Source of the DNA: Octopus sinensis
Lineage: Eukaryota
DNA: 64,000 nucleotides
Direction of reading: 5' to 3'
Assembly: GCF_006345805.1 (NCBI RefSeq)
Contig: NC_043009.1
Location: 56,234,001-56,298,000 of the forward strand
The notes under the pieces were generated by a model. The model had not been told where the DNA came from and ran no database searches. It worked only from the letters and a program-made list of their open reading frames with translations. Position 1 is the stretch's first letter; each line of letters opens with the position of its first letter. Position numbers and translations under genes: made by a program. Positions 12,401 through 24,253 of this stretch are shown here, piece after piece.

Positions 12401-15400
12401 AAACTTATAATTGTTATTGTGTCTAACAAAAGTATAGTTACAACCTGCTCTGTTGTGGGAAACACTAGTTTTACCATAACAACCCATGTAATTTGCACAC
12501 CCATATAATTTACGCAGGTGATTTTCAGTATAAAATTTGTTAAAAATGGCTTCTACTTATGTAAAATTCGCACTTAAAAGTTTTGAGAATTACCGATATA
12601 GCCAAGGGAAAAAAGTTTTCAATTTTGTAGTATTTAGCATAATTTCACTTACTTCTGATTAGATTTTATTTTATATTTTCATTAAATAAAAACAATTTTT
12701 GTTTAACAGATATCACATTGAAGGCTATTAAATTACAAAGTGTTTGTGTTGTTTATAATAAACTTTATTTTACATTTTTGCCCACAAGAGAGTATGTCCA
12801 ATCTTTAGCATACTGCTGTATGTCTTCTCAAATCACCTGTGTTGATAAATACACACAGGTGTTGCAAATTAAGTTTAATTACCAATAAACATCAGCTTGG
12901 ATGACACTTTACTCAACTGGTAGAGGAAGGTAACCGATCAAGCTGATTATGTAAACAGAATTCTTTTCTGCCTATTCTTGTCAGAACCTTTGATACAGAG
13001 TATTAAAATTTTAACCCCTTTCACACTTATAAAATGTCAAGCAAACTTCAAAATTTTTTTATTACTGTTATTGTCAGTATGGGCAGAACTTATGAATCAT
13101 TTACTGCGAAGGAGAAATTAGATATATACTCCATTTTGATGAGTAGAAACTCCAAGCAATGTAAAATATGGCCCATTTTGTGGTTTTAGTAAATTTATAC
13201 AGAAAAACTAAACATTATACCATCCAGCATAAATAAAAGACAATTTCATTATGTGTATTTAAGCCATTATTTTTTCTGTAAAACTGGTATTAAATGAGTC
13301 AACTTCCAGTATGAATGTTTACGTTTGTACGTCTTTTTCAAACAAAAAAATTTCAAAACAAATTCTGGAAACAATCTACTCAGAATTTATGCACCCACCA
13401 AAGTTTATTTGTACTTTTGCGAAAAAAAAATGTGTAAATTACATGGGTTTTTATGGTAAATTATCAAAATTTTGGAAGGATTTACTAAACAGTGATTGTT
13501 AAGCTAGTGTTTGGAACATAATAGGTTCTTATATAAGATTATGATGGAGGGTTTTAGCTTAAATATGGAACAATTTAAAATAAAAGGTTTTGTTTTCTAA
13601 CTCCAGTCTATTGGTATCAAAAGGCTTAGATATAAGTGTTTTAAAACAAAATATATGAAAGCATTTATGATATTAAACTTTGAACGTTTGATTGGGTTTT
13701 TTTTTTCAGAACAAACTACTCTAATATCCTTACCAAAAAATTCAATTCAATTCAGTTGACTGATTCTGGAATCTACCGATGTAGAGTGAACAATTCTATG
13801 AAATTTGATAAAATTATTTCTCTCAATGTTGAAAGTAAGTAAATTTTCTCTCCCCTCTTCTCTTCCAATTTTTTTGGCAACTTTGTTACATCCACTCTGT
13901 TTCTTACATTTCTCAATCTTCTCCTTCCTTTCTGTTCCATAATCCTCTGTTCTTTTAACCCTTTTCATATCAACCTGCCTGAGACTACCCTTTGTTCTAT
14001 GATACAAACTTCATACTGAACTGGTAAGTTACAGGAATGCAAACACCCCAAACTGGTTGTCAAGCAGTGGTGAGGAACAAACGCACACACACAAACACAT
14101 TCTCTCTCTCTCTCTCTCTCTCACTCAAATATATGCAACAGGCTTCTTTTCAGTTTTCATTTAGTAAATCCACTCACAAGGTTTTAGTCAGCCCGAGGCT
14201 ATATTAGAAGATATTTGCCCAAGGTTCCATGCAGTGGAACTGAACCCAGAACCATGTGATTCTGGGTTGGGGAGCGATTTTCTTACCACACAGCTATACC
14301 TGTACCTATTTACTCATGTGAGCTGTGAGGATTGTGAGACAAAGTCCTCCAGAAGGTCTTATCAGAAGCAACCATTACTAAATGCTCCAGCAAGGTCAAG
14401 GAAACCTATGAGAATTATTTGACCATCTTGCTCATAGTTTGCCTCTAAATTGCCCTCCATTGGTCTTGCCTGTAAACTCTGTATTGTGATTCTTTCCTCA
14501 GACATTCTAGCCATATTCCCATAGTACCAGAGTTTTCATTTTGTTTCAGAGATGATCCCTCCAATGCTTGGTCGTACCATTGAATCAACCCTTCATGCGA
14601 GCCTGAACATGTCCCTACCACTCTCTTGTGAAGTAATTGGTGGTAAACCTACTCCAACAGTGCATTGGTATTTCAACAACGACCAAATTTTTGAGAACAA
14701 CACTTTGGGATTACATACAGAAGATGGAGGCACAATGTAAGTATTTATCCTTTTGTTACATCTTATTTTGATATTAAACACATTATCAAAGTGGTGAGCT
14801 GGCAGAATCATTAGAAAATCAGACAAAATGCTTAGCAGCATTTCATCAATCTCTACATTCATCATCATCATTGTTCAACGTCCGTTTTCCGTGCTAGCAC
14901 AGGTTGGACGGTTCGACCGGGGTCTGGGAAGCCAGGGGGCTGCACCAGGCTCCAGTCTGATCTGGCAGTGTTTCTACAACTGGATGTCCTTCCTAACGCC
15001 AACCACTCCGTGAGTGTAGTGGGTGCTTTTTATGTGCCACTGGCACAGAAGCCAGTCAAGGTGGTGTGGGTATCGGCCACGTTCGGATTGTGCTTTTTAC
15101 ATGCCACCGGCACAGGTATCACAACTATAATTTCCATTTGTTGTTGATGCACTTGACCACCAATGACCACCAATTTCAAATCATTGAAACCAATGGATTA
15201 GAAAATCCCTGATCAGCTTCTTTTAACCTGTATTGTATTCAAACTTTCTTAAGATTTTATGGGTAATTTTTTTCATTTATTAATTTAATTTAACCCATAA
15301 TGGTTAAGGCCATACTGGAAACACTGATTATATATATTTTATTTCTGCCCAGACTTGTTATACAAAGAACAACCATTGACCATTCTGGAGTTTATACTTG

Positions 15401-18400
15401 CTACATAAAAAATCGTGCTGGTTCTGTGTATGCAAATGCAACTGTACTTGTTGGAGGTAAATATGTATTGCTTTATTTTGAAATGTGTTCCATTGTTTCA
15501 CAGCTGTGTTCACTTAAGGGTCAAGGCAGATGTCACTAATTAGCATCTGCTCTGACTTGAGCACTCTTGTTATCCCTCTTGTCAGTTAAAGGTTCAGGGC
15601 AGATGTCACTGATTCCTCGCTCCGAAATAAACTGAGAAGCTGTCTCTTTAAGGTCAGGTGGAAGTGACTCATACATGCATCACTTTGATGGCATACTATT
15701 ACCTGACCATAGTTCCTTGTCTCAGAAAATACCTCACCAGAGAGAATGCATGCTTTCTCACTTCTTGTGGTTAGGAGATCCATTTGATGCCAAAAAATAT
15801 TCCATAATAAGGTTTCAGGATATTGAGACTGATGATTCACAAGCTCCCATTGAGGCAAATGAATCTACAGAGATCCTTGGACTACTATAACAATAGTGAA
15901 CAAGTGTGATTGCCATTTATGTGGCACATCTTTCTAAGCCTGATGCAAATAAAATTCAGACTGAGATTACATGTTTGACATCTAAATGTTACTAGATGCT
16001 TACTGCACTTTGTCAGCTCAGCTGGAGGCAATGTGGTTGACGAAAAGTTGACCCACACATTCTACTGATGTTTAGATGGTCTGGGAACAATTCTTGTCAA
16101 CAAAGACAAACTGAGTCTCTTCTGAAAGACTATCATGTTGGGGATGATGGATAAGTTCCAAAAGTCCTTGGTCTAGAATACTAGTGAGGAACATTAATCA
16201 TATGAGACATGCTTTATAATATGGAAGTACCACTAGTCAAACTTGTCAGAGATGCATGCTAGACAACCAAACCACCATGCACATATTCATTCAGAGTCCA
16301 TGCATTGAAAAATTGTAGGCAACAACTACTATCACATGTAGAGCAGAGATGGCTCTCAGTTGAGTTTGCTTTGAAGATTGACCTGCTACCCTCTTTTGGC
16401 AAAGATGAGCAGCTAGTCTTTCTCTGCCTAGTGGTGATGGCAAGAGAACTTGTGTGGTAGGTATGGTCAGAAAGTTTAACCCTTTAGCATTTAAATCGGC
16501 CATATCTGGCCCATATATTCTACCTGTTTTAAGTTCAAACTGGCCAGATCTGGCTTCTCACACCTACCCTGTGTTGTAATTCTAAGAATAAACACCCACA
16601 CTTTTGAAATCCCAAAACTATGAGACGATGCATGATTAATTCAAAACAATGTGAATACATAATAAGCATTGAATTTGGTAAATTAATCCAAACACTAAAG
16701 GGTTAAGGCTAGAGATTTTCTTCTCTGACCAAGCCGTCAACTTCTTCAATCCCACTCAGAAAGGAGAACGAAGATGAAGAAAGAAGTGCTACCTTTTAAT
16801 GTGTTTTACAAAAGATGTGTGGCATGGAGAAAAACTAACATTGCTAAATGGGCCTGCTCTGATTATGCAACAATAAACAGGATGTAAGAAACTAAGTGTA
16901 TGATATATCAATAAGGCGGCGAGCTGGCAGAAACGTTAGCACGCCAGGCAAAATGCTTAGCGGTATTGCGTCTGTCGTTGCGTTCTGAGTTCAAATTCCG
17001 CCGAGGTCGACTTTGCCTTTCATCCTTTCGAGGTCGATAAATTAAGTACCAGTTACGCACTGGGGTCGATGTAATCGACTTTATCCGTTTGTCCTTGTTT
17101 GTCCCCTCGTGGGCAATAAAGAAACAGATATATCAAAAGGGCCTACAACTTGGTGTGGAGTTTTCTTCAAATGACCCTAGGTGTTTCCCCCACCCTCCCG
17201 GCCTTATTGAGGACCACCCATTGTAACCCACCCTTCCTGACACTGTTTTGTATTTCTTAACTGTTCCCAATGCCTTGAGCCCTTCGTGGGTGGTGGATTG
17301 ATAGAATTGTTAGAGCATCAGACAAAACACTTTTTGATATTTGTTCCAGCTGTTTTGTTCTGGTTTCATATCCTACCAAGTCAACTTTTTCATCCTTTCA
17401 AGGTCAGTTAATAAAAGACCACTCCTGCACTAGGGCCTATTCTTCTTGGGGTAGTGAGCAGGCAGAATAGCTAAAGCATTGAAAGAAAAAAAATGTCTTG
17501 TGATATTTCTTCAACTCTTTTACATTCTGATTTCAAAACCTTATCAAGGTCAACTTCTGCCATTCATGTCTCCAGTATTGTTAAAATGTAGTACCAGATA
17601 AGTACTTTAGTCAACTATCCCCATCCCTAGCTGATCTTAAAAACATTTACTACTACTACTACTACTAGTGGTAGTGGTTGTAGTAGTAGTAGTAGTAGTA
17701 GTATATTTCCAGATGTTATTATTGTTGTTGTTGATCTTAAAACCCTTCATTTTTACAGAAAATTATAGTGCTGCTGGATTGAGTAAAGTAGAGGTTATCG
17801 TCATAGTTTGTGTATCATTGGCTGTTCTTATTATCAGTTTAGCTGTCATCTGTTTCATCATCAAGAAGGTCAAGATCAAACATGTAAGTTACTGTCAATA
17901 AGGACACACGCACATGCACTATATATATACATATACATACATACACATATATACATATACATACACACATATATCACATATATCATTGATTTTGATTTTT
18001 CTAAAATTTTTTAACCATTTTACTGCACAAAATGCAAACTAAATCTACCTTGACTTTGTTAAGATTCCATTCAGTGAACATGTGAGAGCAGTTTCTCCCG
18101 TTAAACTCAATCTGTTTATTCACTTATCACCTCTGTCATTGTATTACCGTCTCCTGAGTACTGAAATGCTACAGTATAATGACTACAATTAAGAGCTCTC
18201 TATATAGTATCTTAAGAAGTGTCAGTATGTAGTGTTAGAAGTTTATCCTTCTCTACTGACACTACATGCAACATAGCATTTAGCAGATAAATTATCTGAG
18301 GAATGTATGATATAATGTAATGCCTGCAAGTGTAATAGAACGTCTGCAGCAAATATGAGCCCTGAACTAGTAGCACAACACTTCATCTACTAATTCTCGT

Positions 18401-21400
18401 CTACACAGGTTATATATGAACCATGAGAATCTGAATATGGTTCTGTCCTTTAACCTTTTCATTACCAAATTTCTGAGGAAATTTTTGTTACAATTAATTG
18501 TGAAAATAATGACATGACATATTTAGTAAAATAATTTTGTCATTATAAAGTGGTGTTAGAACATGGAATTTTGATGGAAGATTTTAATTAAGAACCTTTC
18601 AAAACAGGAAATCTGTATCATATATCTAGGGTAGTCTCAGGCAGGTTGGTATCAAAAGGTTTAAATCTCCCTTTTGACATCAACCAAGATATCTTGCCAT
18701 CTTGAAAAGGAAAGGGACACATTGAATAATATAGTCTCAGTGGCTGAGACAAACACTGGATTGTCTTTGATCACAAGACTACTTAGAATTGTTTTGGCAT
18801 TAAACTACAATGGCAACAACAAAGATAAAATTGGAAGATATAAAAAATCCTAAACTCTTTCTTTATGACAAAGATCTCCATGAGTTATACGTTCTTCACT
18901 TCCTTTATTATAGGACTTTGACGATCTTGAGAAACAGCTTGTTGTGCCTAAAGGTGATTACAACCCAGATATTCCTATTGGAGAACAAACTGGATGCCTA
19001 CCTTATGATTCACGGTGGGAATTTCCGAAGGAACGACTTCGATTAGGTAAGAATTACATTTTTGTCATATTTCTCTCAATCACTCTCTCTTTCTCTCTCT
19101 CTCTCACTCATGTCTTTTGGACATACACTTTTTTATGTGCACCAGCAATGACTTTCTCACTGGTAATGTCTTCCCTGTATATTACACAAATGTAATACTT
19201 TTTTCCCAAATAAACTGCACTTCATATTCAAGGTTCCAGTGAAGCTTTAGGATGTTATTCATGCACTCAGCTAAGAACCTACTGCATCTCATAGCAGAAA
19301 CAGCTGTAACCTAATGAAGTTCATAACATAACCATTGTTTTTCTTGTGATATCTCTTTTTCTTATATGTATACTACACTCTCGGAGTGGTTGGCATTAGG
19401 AAGGGCATCCAGCTGTAGAAACTCTGCCAGATCAGATTAGAGTCTGGTGCAGCCATCTGGTTCGCCAGACCTCAGTCAAATCATCCAACCCATGCTAGCA
19501 TGGAAAGCGGATGTTAAACGATGATGATGATGTATATTGTTAGCCACATATTGTATATTCTCCATGTATTTGCTGGTAAGCTGCTCTTGGCAACATTGAA
19601 AATACTTTCTTAAAGTGCTTGGTTGGTAATGTCTATTACACTAGTGCTCTTTCTATTTCATATTTGAATTTGCTCTTGTCCAGGCATACCCACACAATGT
19701 CAAAAACATCATCTGATCCATGCAAGCATGTAAAAGTAGACATTGAAAGCAATGATTATGACAATAAGGTCTAAACCAGCTTCTTAAGTCGAACTAAAGA
19801 TAATGCTTCTTTATTTCAGGAATGATACTTGGTCAGGGTGCATTTGGAAGGGTTATCAAAGCAGAGGCAATAGGAATTGAAGATGGAATTGATGTTACAA
19901 CAGTAGCTGTCAAAATGGTTAAAGGTAAGAGAATTTACAAATATGTTTATGTGTGGAGGGAATATTTTAAAGAAATTTTTCTTTTCACATAACTGGATTT
20001 GTCTGTTTCATATTCCTGGAATGATAATGAGATCTTCCTTCCAAGGCCTTTTACTTTGTGGTAAGAAGTCTGCTTCCTAACCACATGGTTTTATGTTCAG
20101 TTCCAGTGCCTTCTACTATAGCCCCAGGTTGACCAGAGTGTTATGAGTGGATTTGGTAAGGGAAACTGAACGAAGCCTCTGTGTGCGTGTGTGTGTTATT
20201 GTCTCCTTCCTTTGACTTCATGTGATAGTTGTAAATGAGTGTCACTGTCATGCAAGCAGTGTCCTTTGTTTTACTCTTTGGTGGAAACGTCTGGCCATGA
20301 GGAAATATTATTTTGCCTGGAAACAGGTGAGGGTTGACAACAAGAAGGCCACTTGATCATAAAAAATGCACCTCAGTAAAATTTCATCTGACTCATGCAA
20401 GCATGATAATGTGGACATTAAACCTATGGTGATGATTGACTTTACTCTTTTACAGATTGTACAGACCGTGAACAAATGGAAGCATTGTTGTCAGAATTAA
20501 AGATTCTTATTCATCTTGGTCCTCACTTAAACATTGTTAATTTACTTGGCGCTGTCACTAAGAACATCCGATATGGTGAGTGTTTGGTTTCTGGTCCTAA
20601 TTTTACCAAAATATTCACAATGAGTTAAAGATGAAATAATGGGGTTTCTTATTAGGCTTACAAACTTTCTTTTAACCAGAATATTTCTGTATCTGTTTCT
20701 CCACTTACTACCTCTCTCTTCCTCCTTCCCACTTTCCAGCCCTTCTCATCTCTCCCCAACTCCCTTTGTTTTGCCATCTCCCACATTTCCCTTCTCCCTT
20801 CTCATTCTTTCCTACCCTCATTATATTTCTAATTCTCTCATTTCTTTTGACTATATGCCTTCTGCTTTCACTCCCATCTCTGCCCCTTTTCTCCTTACTG
20901 CTTCTTCTCTTTTCTCTCTCTCTCCTCACTTTTGTTCTTTCTTACCTTATTACTGTATTACAACTTTCATTATTATATTTCTCATCATTATTCCTTTTGA
21001 ATCTATTTTCTTTTCCTTCTGTTTCCTCCTTGTTGCTTCCTCTCTCTTTCTAGCTGTCTCCCTCTCTCCCTTTTCTACCCCCTCTCTCTCTCATTTTTTT
21101 GTCTTTCAAATAATTTTGTTTCCATTTTTCTCTTTGCATTGCAACTTCAGGTGAACTCTATGTCATGGTTGAATATTGTCATTTTGGGAACCTACGCAAC
21201 TTCCTTTTGAGGCACAAAGATAGTTTTGTGGATACAATGGAGGACATTATGATGGACGAAAAAAAATTCCTGTTGGATGACGCCTCAAAGCCACACTACA
21301 TCAATCATGCAGACTCAGATAACAGTGAACACCTGAATCGACCTCTAACTACAAAAACTATCATTTGCTATGCTTACCAAGTGGCAAGAGGGATGGAATA

Positions 21401-23499
21401 TTTAGCTTCTAAAAAAGTGAGTCACTGTTCATCCTTCTTCTCATCATCATCATTGTTTTAACGTCTATTTTTCCATACTGGCATGGGTCAGACGAGAGTA
21501 TGTTGTTGCAGAGTTTTCCACAGTTGAATGCTCTTTCATGTCACCAAATTCCATTTGTATCTAGGTGGGGTAATGATCTCTAAGTCTGTCAGATAGCAAA
21601 CAGCCTGGGCATTCTTTATGCAGAGAAGTGGAAATAGCTGACACCATGTGAATGAGCCCTTTGTTTACAAAGACCATACCATATGACGTGACGCCTGGAT
21701 GTGCTTTTTTAGTGGACTGCAAGCAAACAACACAGTCTGGAAGCCAAGAAACATGAACTCATGTGCACACACACACACACACACACACATGACAGACTGT
21801 TTTAGTTTCTCTCTACTAAATCCACTCACAAGACTTTCATCCATTTGGGATTGGTAAAATAAGTACCAGTTGGACACTGGTTTCAATACAATTGGCACAT
21901 GCTCTCCCTTGACACACACATATGCACATGCACACATATACACACATATACGCATGCACACACATGCATACATATGGGTGTGTGTGTCCGGGTCGACATT
22001 GTGTGATAATGAGCAGTGTCCTTCATTTCCAATCTTCCATTGAAACATGACCAGCTATGAAGAAATTATTATATTACTTGAAAACAGAGTAAATGTTGGC
22101 AACAGGAGGGGCATCCAGCTATAGAAAATCTGCTTTGAAGTCTATCTGACCATGCAAGTATGGAAAAGTGGACATTAAATCTAGCCTAGAATGTTTCCAC
22201 CCCATTTTGGGATATTTGATTTTTTCTAAATAATACTTAAGAGAACTACATAGGCTATTTTTTCATAGATTTATCTTTCCATTTTTTTTTTTGTGTGTGT
22301 ATAAGTAGTTCCATATCACTATCATCATCATGATCATCATCTTTTATGCCATTTTATTTTCTCTTTCATATTCACATTAATAATTTCTGTTATGTCTGAT
22401 AAAAGTATATCCACAGAGATCTAGCTGCTCGTAACATCCTGTTGGCTGCCAATGAGGTTGTCAAGATCTGTGATTTTGGCCTTGCCAAGAACTGCTACAA
22501 ATCAGCTGAATACCACAAGAAAGGAGATGTAAGTTACATTTATATTGCTAAGCCTCATCAGTTATTTTATTTGAGATAGTTCCATATTAGTAACAGGATG
22601 ACCTTACATGGCAGTAGTGTCACATGGTAGTAACAGAATAGCTTTATATGGAGGTAGTGTCACATGGCAGTCATTGAATATGAAAATAATGAGATATGGG
22701 AGTTACAGAATGTCTTAAATGGCAGTATAGTAACATGGTGATTACCGAATAATCTTATATGGTAATAGTGTCACACAGCAGTTACAGAATAACCATATAT
22801 AGTAGTATTGTCACATGGCAGTTATAGAATGACCTTATGTGGTCATATTGTCACACAATAGTTACAGAATATTCTTACATGGCTATTATCACATGGTAGC
22901 TGCTACTGATTTTATATGGCCATATAGTGTCTGAATGACCTTATATGGCAGTAGTGTTTTATGGTAGTTACTGATGACCTTATATGGTAGTAGTATCCAC
23001 ACGGACGTTACAGAATGACCTTATATGACAGTTGTGTCATATGGTAGTTACTGAGCAACCTTAAATGGCAGTGTTGACATGGTAGTTATAAATTACTAGG
23101 AGTAACCCTGGGGTTACTTCTAGTCCTATCAATTGATTTTCTATTTTAAAGTGATGTAAATTAAAACTTCTTGTTAAAATTTCATGCAAATTTATGTTCT
23201 AATCATTTGTTTAATAATAAAGAAGTTATTTTACTATATTCGTTATTTTTGAAATTAATTGAAAGAAACTGTATAACAGAAATATGGTAGCAAAAGACTT
23301 AAAATTTATGTAACAGATTTTCATAAGAATGTTTGTTGATTATTGATGTGCTTGTGTTGCAGACACCCGTTCCCATCAAATGGATGGCCATTGAATCTCT
23401 GACACACAGAATCTACACAACGAAAAGTGATGTGTGAGTTTGTTCTATTATTCTAACACACTTGCTTTATATGCACCAATACAAACAACATACATGTAC

Positions 23500-23543
<44 letters not shown>

Positions 23544-23732
23544 TATGTGTGTGTGTTTGTCATTCACCATGATAGATCACTAGCCACTAAACGTTTTTTA
23601 TTTTCTCTCCTTGTTTATTTCTGTGAAAGAGCGTAGGCTCGAACATAAAAGACTTTCTCACTTCCTGAGCGTTAAACTAATACATCTGTCTGTTGTTTAC
23701 ACACCCATATTCGTTTTTTGTAAATTCTCACT

Positions 23733-23764
<32 letters not shown>

Positions 23765-24207
23765 CTCGCCTGGCCTCCGTGCCAGTGGCACGTAAAAAGC
23801 ACCATCCGAGCATGGCTGTTCGCCAGCCTCGTCTGGATCCTGTGTCGGTGGCGCATAAAAAGCACCCACTACACTCACGGAGTGGTTGGCGTTAGGAAGG
23901 GCATCCAGCCGTAGAAACACTGCCAGATCTGACTGGCCTGGTGCAGCCTTCGGGCTTCCCAGACCCCAGTTGAACCGTCCAACCCATGCTAGCATGGAAA
24001 GCGGACGTTAAATGATGATGATGATAGTGAGAATTTATGAAGATGGGTGTGTAAACAACAAACAAATGTATTAGTTTAATGCTCGGGAAGTGAGAAAGTC
24101 TTTTACATTTTGAGCCTATACTCTTTGACAGAAAGGAACACAGAAATAAACAGGGAGAGAAATTAAAAAACGTTTAGTGGCTAGTGATCTATCATGGTGA
24201 ATGCCAA

Positions 24208-24253
<46 letters not shown>

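Noticed and set aside
20639-21154. 171-aa hydrophobic ORF
   Set aside because: Artefact of the polypyrimidine tract (Phe/Leu/Ser-rich low complexity).
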